NCBI GenBank assembly: GCA_003228115.1
Contig: QEVV01000006.1
Location: 25,094 to 89,093 of the forward strand
Direction: 5' to 3'
Length of the DNA stretch: 64,000 nt
Source: Chloroflexota bacterium
GTDB lineage: Bacteria > Chloroflexota > Dehalococcoidia > Lucifugimonadales > SAR202-VII-2
The notes under the pieces are model-generated. The model was not told the DNA's origin, did not search any database, and saw nothing but the letters and a program-made list of their open reading frames with translations. Shown here in pieces: positions 7,866-17,678 of this stretch. The first letter of the stretch is position 1, and each line of letters opens with the position of its first letter. A program made the translations under genes and the position numbers.

Positions 7866-9503
7866 GTGAGCAGCAATGGCGTAGTCGTATCGCAGGAAAT
7901 AGCAAAGTCTCGAAAGTATCGCCTTCGGTGGTGGACGCTTCTCGTCCTTTCAATCAGCTTGGTGCTGATCGCGGTGGACACCACGATTCTTAACGTGGCC
8001 ATTCCCACTATACAAAGAGACCTTGGCGCCTCAGCGTCAGGGCTCCAGTGGATTGTTTCGTCGTACATATTGGTGTTCGCAGGGCTCCTCTTAACCTTCG
8101 GCTTCCTTGGCGATCGATATGGCAGAAAGCGCATGCTCCAAACGGGCATCGTCTTGTTTGCCCTGGCTAGCCTGGGAGCGGCCTACGCGCAAAGTACGGG
8201 CCAGCTCATAGCAGCAAGGGCGGCCATGGGAATAGCAGGGGCCATGATCATGCCGGCGACGCTCTCGGTGATCATAGACGTGTTTCCCCGGTCTGAGAGG
8301 GCCAAAGCGATAGGAATATGGAGCGCTGTTGCTGGCGTAGGCGTTCCGCTGGGGATGATCATCGGAGGCTGGCTGCTGGAAAGCTTTTGGTGGGGATCGG
8401 TATTCTTGATAAACCTGCCGATTGGCGGCGTGGTCGTGGCGGCAGGGGTGATGTTGGTGCCTGACAGCAAGGACCCCAAGCCTCGCCGGATCGACATCCC
8501 TGGTGCTGTGCTGTCGACCGGAGCTCTGTCCGCTTTGCTCTATGCGATCATCGAAGCGCCCAGCCGGGGTTGGACGGAACCATTGGTGCTGGCCACGTTT
8601 GCCGTAGCTGGTGTTTTGAGCGCTGCGTTCCTGATTGTGGAGAAGCGTGCTGACCAACCCATGTTGGATATCTCCCTGTTCAAGAACCTTCGACTGTCAT
8701 CTGGAGCGGTGGCCATCAGCTTCTCCTTCCTCGTGATGATGGGGATGATCTTCCTGTTCACCCAGTATGTGCAGTTCGTACAGGGATACGGGCCTCTTCA
8801 GGCCGGGCTTCGCACCGTGCCCCTTGCCATAGGCTTCATGATCGGTGGTGGGTCCAGCGGGGCACTGGTGGGTAGGTTGGGCACCAAGAGCACGGTCACT
8901 GCGGGGCTGATTGTAATCAGTGTAGCCCTTGCTTCAGCGGCTCTATGGGATGTGTCAACGGCATTCCCGATCATCGCAGCCGAGCTAATCTTGTTGGGCT
9001 TTGGCATGGGCATCACAATGGCCCCAGCCACCGATGCGGTCATGGGAGCGGTGCCTGAAGAACACGCCGGAATCGGCTCAGCCCTAAACGATGTGACTCG
9101 TAACGTCGGTGGGGCGCTGGGCATCGGCGTCCTTGGATCGCTGTTTGGGTCCGTTTACTCTTCCAACGTGTCTGACGCCGCTGCCGTCCTGACCGGGGAC
9201 CTAGCGGCTGCAGCCCGGAACTCGATAGGCGCTGCCACCTCCGCCGCGGCAGACCTTGGAACTGAAGCTGGACTCACGCTTACAACGGCGGCCAACAATG
9301 CCTTCATGGACGGATTTGGCATCACCATGCTGGCGTCGGCAGCTCTGACCTTAGGGGGCGCCTTGTTCACCCTCAGGTACATGCCGACGAGGGATGTCCC
9401 TGAGGCCAAGGATATCCGCGCTCAGTTTGAACCGGAAACCGTCCGGACGGGCAACCTCGCACCCGTTCCCGTGCGGGTGAGGGTGGACCATATCGGGCGA
9501 TAG
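7866..9503 (+). CDS. MFS transporter, DHA2 (EmrB/QacA-like) drug:H+ antiporter family
   Basis: LDTTILNVAIPTIQRDLGAS and GDRYGRKR motifs, with many TM segments. The track ATG 7809 lies inside the operator. GTG 7866 follows GGGAGG with a 5-nt spacer. Confidence 0.85.
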   Translation: MSSNGVVVSQEIAKSRKYRLRWWTLLVLSISLVLIAVDTTILNVAIPTIQRDLGASASGLQWIVSSYILVFAGLLLTFGFLGDRYGRKRMLQTGIVLFALASLGAAYAQSTGQLIAARAAMGIAGAMIMPATLSVIIDVFPRSERAKAIGIWSAVAGVGVPLGMIIGGWLLESFWWGSVFLINLPIGGVVVAAGVMLVPDSKDPKPRRIDIPGAVLSTGALSALLYAIIEAPSRGWTEPLVLATFAVAGVLSAAFLIVEKRADQPMLDISLFKNLRLSSGAVAISFSFLVMMGMIFLFTQYVQFVQGYGPLQAGLRTVPLAIGFMIGGGSSGALVGRLGTKSTVTAGLIVISVALASAALWDVSTAFPIIAAELILLGFGMGITMAPATDAVMGAVPEEHAGIGSALNDVTRNVGGALGIGVLGSLFGSVYSSNVSDAAAVLTGDLAAAARNSIGAATSAAADLGTEAGLTLTTAANNAFMDGFGITMLASAALTLGGALFTLRYMPTRDVPEAKDIRAQFEPETVRTGNLAPVPVRVRVDHIGR

Positions 9504-9527
9504 TGTTCGCTTGAGGCAAGGCGGGAG

Positions 9528-9562
9528 AGAAGGGGCCGGTCTAACTGAGACCGGCCCCTTCT
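9528..9562 (+). terminator. Perfect 15-bp hairpin between the two MFS genes
   Basis: AGAAGGGGCCGGTCT, loop AACTG, AGACCGGCCCCTTCT. There is no clear U-tract, so this may be a terminator or a processing/stability element. Confidence 0.5.
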
Positions 9563-9694
9563 TGTGGGTGCGTCTCCATTCTGGCCGACCCATTGATCCC
9601 GGTTGCGACAGGGACATGGAGGTGATACAAGGAACCGGTTGGAGGTGGCTTCTGCCCGACCACCTGGAGGCGCATACCGACCAAGGAGATTGGC

Positions 9695-11260
9695 CTGAAC
9701 AGCCTCGCCGAAGTTAAGCCCACCCGGGGTCCCGTTGCTATTTTCTCCGCCGTGGTCATAGGGATGACGGTCGGGGCCTTGAACCAGACCGTGGTAACAA
9801 CGGCGCTACCGCGTATCGCCTCTGATCTTGGGGGCCTGGAAAACATGTCCTGGGTATTCACCTCGTTCATGGTCACCTCAGCTGCTACGCTCCCTATTTT
9901 CGGAAAGCTGTCCGATACCCACGGGAGAAAGCGCTTCTTTGTGGGCGGGATTGTCGTACTACTCATCGGTTCGGTGTTGGCCGGCATGTCCCAAAGCGTG
10001 ACTCAGCTCGCAATCTATCGAGGCGTGCAGGGAGTTGGCTCCGCGGCATTGCTGGCGAACTCAATGGCAATCGTTGGGGAGCTGTTCCCACCCTCTCAGC
10101 TTGGAAAGTGGCGGGCGATAAATCAGGCGGTAATGACGCTTGCTGCAGCAGCAGGGCCCTTGGCCGGAGGCTTCATCAGCGACCACCTTTCTTGGCAGTG
10201 GGTTTTCTACCTAAACGTTCCTGTGGGCATAGTCGCTATTGTCGTCGCGGTGCTCGTCATGCCTCCATTTCGGAACCGGAATATTCAGCATCGCGTGGAT
10301 TATTTGGGTTCAGCGATGTTACTTGCCACCATTTCGCCACTTTTGGTTGGCTTCGCTTGGGCGGGACAACAATACGATTGGCTGTCTTGGCAGGTACTAG
10401 GCGCATTCGGGACCTCCGCCATATCCCTGGTCGTGTTCATCCTGGTAGAACGACGCGCTGAGGAACCGATTCTTCCGATGACCATGTTCCGGAATTCTAT
10501 TTTCTCGGTCTCCAGCATGGCCTTCTTCTTGATAGGGATGGGACTTTTCGGATCCCTTGTCTACTTACCCTTGTTTGCCCAGGCAGTCCAAGGTAAGTCT
10601 GCAACGATTTCAGGTCTCCTTCTGACTCCTATGATGCTGGCCAGTTTCGCCACTGGATTTATAGGTGGTCACATACTCACTAAGTGGGGCCGGTACCGTT
10701 TGCTGGCCTTTTTCTGTACGGGCACGGCCTCTCTAGGGATGTTTCTCCTCTCTCGTCTGGGCATCGACTCAACCAGCCAGGCGATGGCATTGGATATGGC
10801 CATCGTTGGCATTGGCATCGGCATCGCGATGCCTCTATTCGTCATAGTCGTTCAAAACGCGTTCCCTCAAAAGATGGTCGGGGTGGCAGTAACCAGTACG
10901 GCCTTTGTACGAAGCCTTGGCGCTTCGATAGGCGTTGCTTTGATGGGGACTGTTGTGAATAAGCAATTCGTCTCTGGGCTCCAAAGCGGGGTACCAGACT
11001 CAGCTCGCCAAGCTGTAGCCCAGGCAGGCGTCGTGCTACCAACCACTCCCCAGCCGCTATTGGATCCTGCCGTTATGTCGTCGCTTGAGGCTGCACTAGC
11101 CCCCAGCGGACCCGAGGTCTTTGAACAAGTCGCAACCGCCATGCAGATGAGTCTGGTAAGTGCGATCGACGCAGCATTCCTCCTCAGCGCGGTGGCCCTG
11201 GCATTCGCGTGTTTCTTCACTTTGTTCTTGAAGGAAATCCCACTGCGCTCGACCAGGTAG
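9695..11260 (+). CDS. MFS transporter, DHA2 family, second copy (start uncertain)
   Basis: ALNQTVVTTALPRIASDLGG and DTHGRKR motifs. The track start GTG 9752 cuts into TM1. The frame is open from 9626 without a canonical start. CTG 9695 is preceded by AAGGAG (9683-9688) with a 6-nt spacer. Confidence 0.75.
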   Translation: MNSLAEVKPTRGPVAIFSAVVIGMTVGALNQTVVTTALPRIASDLGGLENMSWVFTSFMVTSAATLPIFGKLSDTHGRKRFFVGGIVVLLIGSVLAGMSQSVTQLAIYRGVQGVGSAALLANSMAIVGELFPPSQLGKWRAINQAVMTLAAAAGPLAGGFISDHLSWQWVFYLNVPVGIVAIVVAVLVMPPFRNRNIQHRVDYLGSAMLLATISPLLVGFAWAGQQYDWLSWQVLGAFGTSAISLVVFILVERRAEEPILPMTMFRNSIFSVSSMAFFLIGMGLFGSLVYLPLFAQAVQGKSATISGLLLTPMMLASFATGFIGGHILTKWGRYRLLAFFCTGTASLGMFLLSRLGIDSTSQAMALDMAIVGIGIGIAMPLFVIVVQNAFPQKMVGVAVTSTAFVRSLGASIGVALMGTVVNKQFVSGLQSGVPDSARQAVAQAGVVLPTTPQPLLDPAVMSSLEAALAPSGPEVFEQVATAMQMSLVSAIDAAFLLSAVALAFACFFTLFLKEIPLRSTR

Positions 11261-11352
11261 AAAGGCAGGCATCATCGAGGGCTTGCATCAACACAGTCTT
11301 CGACGGAAAGGGGCGCTGCTGACGTGATCGATAGACTCTGCCGTGTGCAGGC

Positions 11353-11805
11353 CTACGTCTGGCTGAACTCCTTAAATAGAGCAGCGCACTCTTCCCGGAG
11401 GATGTGGGGCACCACTTTCACCTGCCGTCCCGAGCGACGGATGACCTCTTCACAGGAAAGGTCCACCTGACGGGGATAGTCAAATGGCCCGTCGTTGCGG
11501 TCGGCTCCAAAGGCGACCATAGACAGGTTGGCCCAGGCAATGGCTGATGAGCACATCGCGCAGGGTTCAGCGTCCGTGTACATGGCATAGTCGCTGAGGT
11601 CGGTTATTCGGTTTTCGGAGCAGAATGACCGCACGATATTCAGCTCAGCGTGAGAGGTCGGGTCTTGGTCTTCCACAACCCGATTGTAAGAACGGGCAAC
11701 TACCTGACCATCCTTGATCAACACGCAGGCAAAGGGGCGGTTGCCGCTTTCGAGCGCCGTGCGCCCTTCCTTGATGGCCTCTCGCATGAAGTCTTCGTGC
11801 GCCAT
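11353..11805 (-). CDS. CMP/dCMP-type zinc deaminase (TadA/guanine deaminase-like)
   Basis: HAELNIV and PCAMCSSAI zinc-binding motifs. Confidence 0.85.
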   Translation of the reverse strand: MAHEDFMREAIKEGRTALESGNRPFACVLIKDGQVVARSYNRVVEDQDPTSHAELNIVRSFCSENRITDLSDYAMYTDAEPCAMCSSAIAWANLSMVAFGADRNDGPFDYPRQVDLSCEEVIRRSGRQVKVVPHILREECAALFKEFSQT

Positions 11806-11959
11806 AGGTGTACACCTTCCCTGTGAAGATCGATCCCTCGGCTATTTATCATAGTCGGAGGGCGCATTATACACAGGAAGAGTCCTTAGCCGACCTAGAG
11901 GGCCATGCTAGAATGACGACCCAGCAGGAGGTGCGCATGGACGAGCAAGACAGAGTCAA

Positions 11960-12559
11960 GTGGATAGATGGCTCAACAAGCCTAGCCGACCTGGAACAGC
12001 GGTACGACGAATGGCTAATGGCTATGACTCAGACTTGACGGAGAAGTACCACTACCAAGGCGCCCGCCTAGTCGCCGAATGCCTGGAACAGTACGTCGAC
12101 AAGCACGCCAGCATCCTGAATGCCGGCGCTGGCGGCGGCCTCTCCGGCGTGGCACTGGCTGCGAAAGGGTACGCAGATCTGGTTGCTATCGACCTATCAG
12201 AGGGTATGCTCCAATCGGCGCGAGAGAAGGGCGTCTACCGGGATGTCCACCGCATGGTGCTCGGCGAGGTCTTGGACTTCGAAGATGGAACATTTGATGC
12301 AGTGACTAGCGTGGGTATCTTCACGATGGCCCATGCACCAGCCAGTTCCTTCGACGAGCTGATCCGCGTTACCAAGCCGGGAGGGTACATCGTCTTCACG
12401 CTATCCGAAGAGGCCTACGAGAAGGCCGGCTTCAAGGAAAAGCTGGCAAGCCTTGAATCGGATTGGAAGTGGAGCAGGGTGGAGATGCAGCCAGGGCAGG
12501 AGCTCAGTCAGGGCTCAGGCGTCTTGCATCAGCTCTGGGTGTTCCAGACCAGCATCTGA
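11960..12559 (+). CDS. Class I SAM-dependent methyltransferase (5' end apparently frameshifted; see findings)
   Basis: ILNAGAGGGLSG (motif I), DLSEGML and VTKPGGYIVF. The likely ancestral start is ATG 11937, which follows AGGAGG but is in another frame. The internal ATG 12011 (MANGYDSDL) is an alternative start. Confidence 0.75.
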   Translation: MDRWLNKPSRPGTAVRRMANGYDSDLTEKYHYQGARLVAECLEQYVDKHASILNAGAGGGLSGVALAAKGYADLVAIDLSEGMLQSAREKGVYRDVHRMVLGEVLDFEDGTFDAVTSVGIFTMAHAPASSFDELIRVTKPGGYIVFTLSEEAYEKAGFKEKLASLESDWKWSRVEMQPGQELSQGSGVLHQLWVFQTSI

Positions 12560-12778
12560 GCGCCATGCTGCATTTCTCTCAGTAACGCTGTGACAGAGGG
12601 CCCTTCACCTTGATTGGGTGACGGAACGGGGACTGCCATCGCCCGGTTTGATCACCGACAGCCTGCGACGGACATGACTGCCCTTCCTGATCGGAGTCCG
12701 TGGTACCATGTGCGCTGCCTTCAGCGCACCAGCCATTGCATGGCCGCAAACGACAAACCAAAGGGAGAATAGCGCCGG

Positions 12779-13804
12779 ATGATTATCGACTGCCACGGAC
12801 ACTACACGACCGCCCCCCCTGGGATTCATGTCTACAGGGCGTTCCAGCTTGCCTTTATGAACAAGCCCAACAGAACGCAGATCAAGATAAGCGACGATGA
12901 GATTCAAACATCCCTGGAGAACGGGCAACTGAAGCTCCAAATGGAGCGTGGCACCGATATGATGCTGTTCTCGCCCAGGGCGTCGCACATGGGCCATCAT
13001 GTCGGGGACGAAGTAATCAGTCGCCAATGGACGGAGGTCAACAACGACCTCATAAAGCGCGTCTGCGGAATCTTCCCAGACCGCTTCATCGGGGTATGCC
13101 AGTTGCCTCAATCTCCGGGCGTCAGCCCCAAGAACTGCGTCGAAGAGTTGGAGCGCTGCATCACTGAATTAGACTTCGTCGGATGCAACTTGAACCCGGA
13201 CCCTTCTGGTGGTTGGTGGACCGATCCTCCGCTGGGCGACGAGTGGTGGTACCCACTCTACGAAAAGATGGTGGAGTTGGACGTGCCGGCCATGATTCAT
13301 GGCTCGTCCACCTGCAACCCGGCCTTCCACACGACGGGCTCCCACTACATGAACATCGACAACACCGGCATCATGCAGTTGCTGGAATCCAGGGTGTTCC
13401 AGGACTTTCCGACGCTAAGGATCATCATGCCCCACGGCGGCGGCGTAATCCCGTACCAGATCGCTAGATACCGGGCCCTGAGCATCATGAACAAGTGGGA
13501 ACCCTTCGAGGAGTTCATGCGGCGCTTCTACTTCGACACTGCCGTGTACAGCCCTGAGGCTATGGAGCTACTGATCAAGATCGTGGGGGTGGACCGCCTC
13601 ATCTTCGCATCGGAGATGCTGGGCGGCGTCACAACCATCGACCCCAACACGGGCCGCTGGTTTGACGACAACAAGCCCCTCCTGGATGAGATCACCTGGC
13701 TGTCCGAAGAAGACCGTCAAAAGATCTTCGAGGACAACGTCAAAGCGGCTTACCCGCGGTTGGGCCCGGTAATGGAGAAGCAGATGAAGGCGGCAAAGGG
13801 GTAG
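12779..13804 (+). CDS. Amidohydrolase-2 family protein, LigJ-like (4-oxalomesaconate hydratase-type N-terminus)
   Basis: MIIDCHGHYTT N-terminus, 341 aa, with HGGG and FASE motifs. The subfamily assignment rests on resemblance only. Confidence 0.75.
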   Translation: MIIDCHGHYTTAPPGIHVYRAFQLAFMNKPNRTQIKISDDEIQTSLENGQLKLQMERGTDMMLFSPRASHMGHHVGDEVISRQWTEVNNDLIKRVCGIFPDRFIGVCQLPQSPGVSPKNCVEELERCITELDFVGCNLNPDPSGGWWTDPPLGDEWWYPLYEKMVELDVPAMIHGSSTCNPAFHTTGSHYMNIDNTGIMQLLESRVFQDFPTLRIIMPHGGGVIPYQIARYRALSIMNKWEPFEEFMRRFYFDTAVYSPEAMELLIKIVGVDRLIFASEMLGGVTTIDPNTGRWFDDNKPLLDEITWLSEEDRQKIFEDNVKAAYPRLGPVMEKQMKAAKG

Positions 13805-13860
13805 AAGAAGCGCAAACGGGGCTGGCAGACCAGCGGGAGGGCTACTCAGCAGAAGACAAG

Positions 13861-13899
13861 AAAAGGGGGACGCTGGCCAGATGCCAGCGTCCCCCTTTT
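13861..13899. terminator. Bidirectional terminator between convergent genes
   Basis: AAAAGGGGGACGCTGGC, loop CAGAT, GCCAGCGTCCCCCTTTT. The stem is flanked by A4 and T4. Confidence 0.75.
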
Positions 13900-13923
13900 C
13901 ATTGGTTGTTGGGAGGCCGATGT

Positions 13924-14892
13924 TTACCCGGCCATCACTATCGCCACCTTACCCATGACGCGCCGTTCTTCTATGAAGCGCTGGGCCTCTCCGACTTCCG
14001 CGATGGGCCATGTTCGTTCAACGGTAGGCTTCAAGCGGCCGTCGGCGAGCATTTGCAAGAGTGCTGCAAAGTCGCTATGCGACGTGCCGGTGCCGCCGGA
14101 GCCAAGGACGGCTACCCGAAGACGGAAAATGTTGCTGAGGTTCAGCGTTACCTCTCGTCCTCCGGCCGTACCGTATATGGCAATGCGGCCATTGGGCTTG
14201 ATGCAATTGAGCGACTCAAGGAATGCGTTGCCGCCTACGCCGTCCACCACTGCGTCCACCCCAGCGCCGCCTGTTAGCTCCTTAACCTTGTCGGCGTAGG
14301 TGCCGCTGGAGTAGTTGACTCCATGGTCCATACCCTGGGCGCTTGCATAGGCCAGCTTCTCGTCGCTGCTCGCTGTGCCGATGACGGTCGCTCCTAGGAG
14401 CTTGGCGATCTGAATGGCGGCTACGCTCACGCCGCCCGCTGCCCCTTGGACCAGCACCGTCTGGCCTGCCTGGACCTGGCACTTGTTGACCAGGGCATCC
14501 CATGCCGTCGAGCATGTTATTACACACGTGGAGGCTTCAAGCATGCCCAGGCCCTTCGGCAGCTTGTAGAGATTCTCTGCCGGTGACTTCACAAGCTCCG
14601 CGTAGCTATAGCTCGCGTTCCGCAACGCTACTTCGTCCCCCACGGCAATGTTCGTCACTCCATCTCCGATGGACTCAACGATGCCCGCGCCCTCTCTACC
14701 AAGCAAGGAGGGAAAAACGAAGCCGCCCGCTGGAGCCGGGGCCCGGCCAGAGCGGGTTGTTATGTCGGTGGGGTTGACGCCGGCGCTGTGCATTCGTAGC
14801 ACTGCCTCGCCGGGACCCGGTTGAGGGTCCGCGACTTCTTCTAGTTTGAGGACTTCCGGGCCGCCGAATTCATGGAATTGGATTGCTTTCAT
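13924..14892 (-). CDS. Zinc-type/quinone oxidoreductase (MDR superfamily)
   Basis: MKAIQFHEFGGPEVL N-terminus and GAAGGVS cofactor motif. ATG 14892 follows AAGGAG. The track start 14916 is less likely. Confidence 0.85.
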   Translation of the reverse strand: MKAIQFHEFGGPEVLKLEEVADPQPGPGEAVLRMHSAGVNPTDITTRSGRAPAPAGGFVFPSLLGREGAGIVESIGDGVTNIAVGDEVALRNASYSYAELVKSPAENLYKLPKGLGMLEASTCVITCSTAWDALVNKCQVQAGQTVLVQGAAGGVSVAAIQIAKLLGATVIGTASSDEKLAYASAQGMDHGVNYSSGTYADKVKELTGGAGVDAVVDGVGGNAFLESLNCIKPNGRIAIYGTAGGREVTLNLSNIFRLRVAVLGSGGTGTSHSDFAALLQMLADGRLKPTVERTWPIAEVGEAQRFIEERRVMGKVAIVMAG

Positions 14893-14934
14893 GATGCTCC
14901 TTCTGAACATTCGCACAAATAGTTGGCTGGGGTC

Positions 14935-16407
14935 CTAGCTAAGATTCACCGTCACGCTCTTGCGCTGGGTGAAGCTCTCCAGCATGCCTTCCAAAGAAAA
15001 CTCTCGACCGATGCCGCTCATCTTGAAGCCGCCGTAGGAGTGCCCCGGGACCTGCCCGAGGCCTCGATTAACCTGAACCCAGCCCGATTCTATCGCGTGA
15101 GCCGTGCGCAGGGCCTTGCTAAGGTCCTTGCACCAGACGTAGGCGGCAAGCCCGTAGTGGCTGTCGTTGGCCATCTGAATGACTTCTTCTTCTTCCGACC
15201 AGGGAATGGCCACGACGACAGGGCCGAAGATCTCTTCGCGTGCGATACGCCAGTCATTGCCAACGTCCGCGATGATGGTTGGCTGGACGAAGAAACCGTC
15301 GGCAAGGGGGCCATCAGTGGGGGGAAGGCCACCCATCAGCACGCGCGCCCCCTGTTGCTCAATTCCCTCCGTGATGTAACTGCAAACCCGGTCGTACTGC
15401 TTGCGATTGATGATGGCGCCCATATCCACAGTCTCGTCCATGGGATCACCGATCTTCAAGGTCGATAGCTTGGCCATCATTTTCTCTAGGAAGGAGTCGT
15501 AGATGGACTCGTGGAGGAAGAGCCGGGAACCGGCGGTGCAAGACTGTCCCTGACGAGTGAACCGCATACCGGCGATAACGCCATCGACGGTCTTGTCGTC
15601 GATGGAATCAGGGAACACGACGGCTGGGCTCTTGCCGCCTAGCTCCAGTGAGACCGGCAGGATGCGCTCCGCTGCGGCGTGCATGACAAGTTTCCCGACC
15701 TCAGTCGAACCGGTGAAAGAGAGTTTCCCGATAAGCGGGTGGACTGCCAAAGCTGCGCCAGCTTCCTCGCCGTAACCGGTGATGATGTTCAGGACGCCCG
15801 GAGGAAGGATCTCGCTGCAGATCTGACCCATCTTCAGAACGGCGATCGGCGCATCTTCCGCTGCCTTCATCACCAGTGTATTCCCTGCGGTGATGGCCAT
15901 AGCAATCTTTAGCGCACCCAGCATTACGGGGGCATTCCAGGGAATGATTCCACCTACGACGCCTATGGGCTCCCGACGGTTGTAGACCAGCATGTCCTCG
16001 CTGATGGGTACAACCTCCCCCTTCAGCTCCGTAGCTACGCCCCCGAAATAACGAAAAATGTCAGCAGTCGTCTTCGCCTCGGGCCGTGCCTGGGTGCGGA
16101 TGGCATTGCCCGTCTCCAAGGCGATGGTATGGGCAATATCCTCAATTGCTGCTTCCATGGCATCGGCGATCCGCATCATCATGCGGCCTCGATCCCTCGG
16201 CGCGGCCACTCGCCACGTCTTGAATGCCGCCGCTGCTACTCGGACGGCGTGGTCGACGTCCGCCTCAGTGGCGCGCGGCACTCGGGCGATGGCTTCGCCA
16301 TGCCGCGCAGGGTTTTCTACCAAAATCGTCCGGCCGTCGATGGCCTGGATTTCCTTGCCATCAACAAGCATCGACAACACTTCCACCTGACCTGCTACTT
16401 CAACCAT
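14935..16407 (-). CDS. NAD(P)+-dependent aldehyde dehydrogenase
   Basis: ELGGKSP and GQSCTAGSR (catalytic Cys) motifs. ATG 16407 follows GGAGGAGGA. Confidence 0.9.
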   Translation of the reverse strand: MVEVAGQVEVLSMLVDGKEIQAIDGRTILVENPARHGEAIARVPRATEADVDHAVRVAAAAFKTWRVAAPRDRGRMMMRIADAMEAAIEDIAHTIALETGNAIRTQARPEAKTTADIFRYFGGVATELKGEVVPISEDMLVYNRREPIGVVGGIIPWNAPVMLGALKIAMAITAGNTLVMKAAEDAPIAVLKMGQICSEILPPGVLNIITGYGEEAGAALAVHPLIGKLSFTGSTEVGKLVMHAAAERILPVSLELGGKSPAVVFPDSIDDKTVDGVIAGMRFTRQGQSCTAGSRLFLHESIYDSFLEKMMAKLSTLKIGDPMDETVDMGAIINRKQYDRVCSYITEGIEQQGARVLMGGLPPTDGPLADGFFVQPTIIADVGNDWRIAREEIFGPVVVAIPWSEEEEVIQMANDSHYGLAAYVWCKDLSKALRTAHAIESGWVQVNRGLGQVPGHSYGGFKMSGIGREFSLEGMLESFTQRKSVTVNLS

Positions 16408-16547
16408 TCGTCCTCCTCCTCTGTTGTCATGGAAATACTGGGGGCCGCTTGGAAACTGCGAACGCTGAGGGTGGGTCTGAGACACCGCCCCTACCTGACG
16501 CTTGATCGCTTCGTGAGGGCTCCTGGCTTACACACCTACTTGCTGGT

Positions 16548-17441
16548 CTAAGCGCCGGGCTCCAGCAGCTTTGCTACAGCGGAGAAATCGAGCCTGCCAT
16601 AGCCCTGTCGACTGGCTGCTGCGTACATTTCCCGGGCCACGGCGGCCATGGTCATCGGTAGCTTCACTTCTGAGCCGGCTGCCAGAGCCAGGCCCAGGTC
16701 TTTATACATAAGGTCCGTCATGAACCCTGGTGCAAAGCCGTGGCTGGCGGGGCTGTCAGCAACGACCCCCGGCACAGGGCAACGAGTCTCCAGCGGCCAA
16801 CAGTTGCCTGAACTCTTGCTCATAACGTCGAACATTACCTGGGGATCGGCGCCCTTGGCCACCCCCAGAGCGAACGCCTCAGCCACGCCTACCATGGCCA
16901 CTGCCGCCACAAGGTTGTTGGCCAGCTTGACCGTTTCGCCCATGCCAATGGAACCACAATGGATGATGTTGGTTCCCATTGCCGATAGCAGGTCGTATTG
17001 AGCTTCCAGAAGATCAGCATCGCCGCCGACCATAATGGTGAGCGTGGCGGAGATGGCGCCGGCTGAGCCTCCGCTGACAGGGCCGTCCAACATCCGTGCT
17101 CCGGCAGCGGTCACTGCTTCGGCGACCTTGCGCGTGGTGTCGGGATCAATGGTGCTCATGTCGATGACCGTAGTCCCGCTCCGCAGGCCCGCTATGAAAC
17201 CATCAGGCCCATTGGCGGCGGCAACGACGTGCTGTGAGGCCGGCAGCATGCAAATGACGACCTCCACACCTTCAGTGGCTTCCCGAGCCGAACCAGCGAC
17301 CTTCGCTCCAAGCGACGCTATGGCCTCAACGGCCTCCCCGTTGATGTCGTAGATGGTGAGATCATGTCCTGCCTTGATTAAGTTTGTGGCCATGGGCCCG
17401 CCCATCGTTCCCAGGCCAATGAAACCTACCTTCTTGCTCAT
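16548..17441 (-). CDS. 3-hydroxyisobutyrate/beta-hydroxyacid dehydrogenase family
   Basis: VGFIGLGTMGGPMATNL Rossmann motif, followed by a 6-PGDH-like C-terminal domain pattern. Confidence 0.9.
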   Translation of the reverse strand: MSKKVGFIGLGTMGGPMATNLIKAGHDLTIYDINGEAVEAIASLGAKVAGSAREATEGVEVVICMLPASQHVVAAANGPDGFIAGLRSGTTVIDMSTIDPDTTRKVAEAVTAAGARMLDGPVSGGSAGAISATLTIMVGGDADLLEAQYDLLSAMGTNIIHCGSIGMGETVKLANNLVAAVAMVGVAEAFALGVAKGADPQVMFDVMSKSSGNCWPLETRCPVPGVVADSPASHGFAPGFMTDLMYKDLGLALAAGSEVKLPMTMAAVAREMYAAASRQGYGRLDFSAVAKLLEPGA

Positions 17442-17678
17442 TTGTGCTACCTCCCTCTATGCGTGGTGAACGTTATCATGCCGGGTATGGGTCTACAACG
17501 AGCGGGACAGTAGAGGGGCAAGGGAGCCCGAAGGTCCTCAGGTGGCCGGTCATTCCCCCGTGCGCAGAACTGGAACATAGGCACGCTGGCTCTACTAACA
17601 ACGACTTCGGGGTTAAGGCCATGGGACTCATGCCGAGGGGCCGATGTTGCGCCATATCGAAGGGCCGCGAGGGCGCGG

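Noticed and set aside
8091-8657. 188-aa minus-strand ORF, with similar long antisense ORFs at 12605-13111, 28519-29130, 33913-34668, 39369-39905, 41327-41794, 53040-53606 and 60848-61366
   Set aside because: All are fully nested antisense to genes with strong family motifs. Their Arg/Pro/Gly-rich translations are typical of shadow ORFs in GC-rich DNA, and they lack SD sequences.
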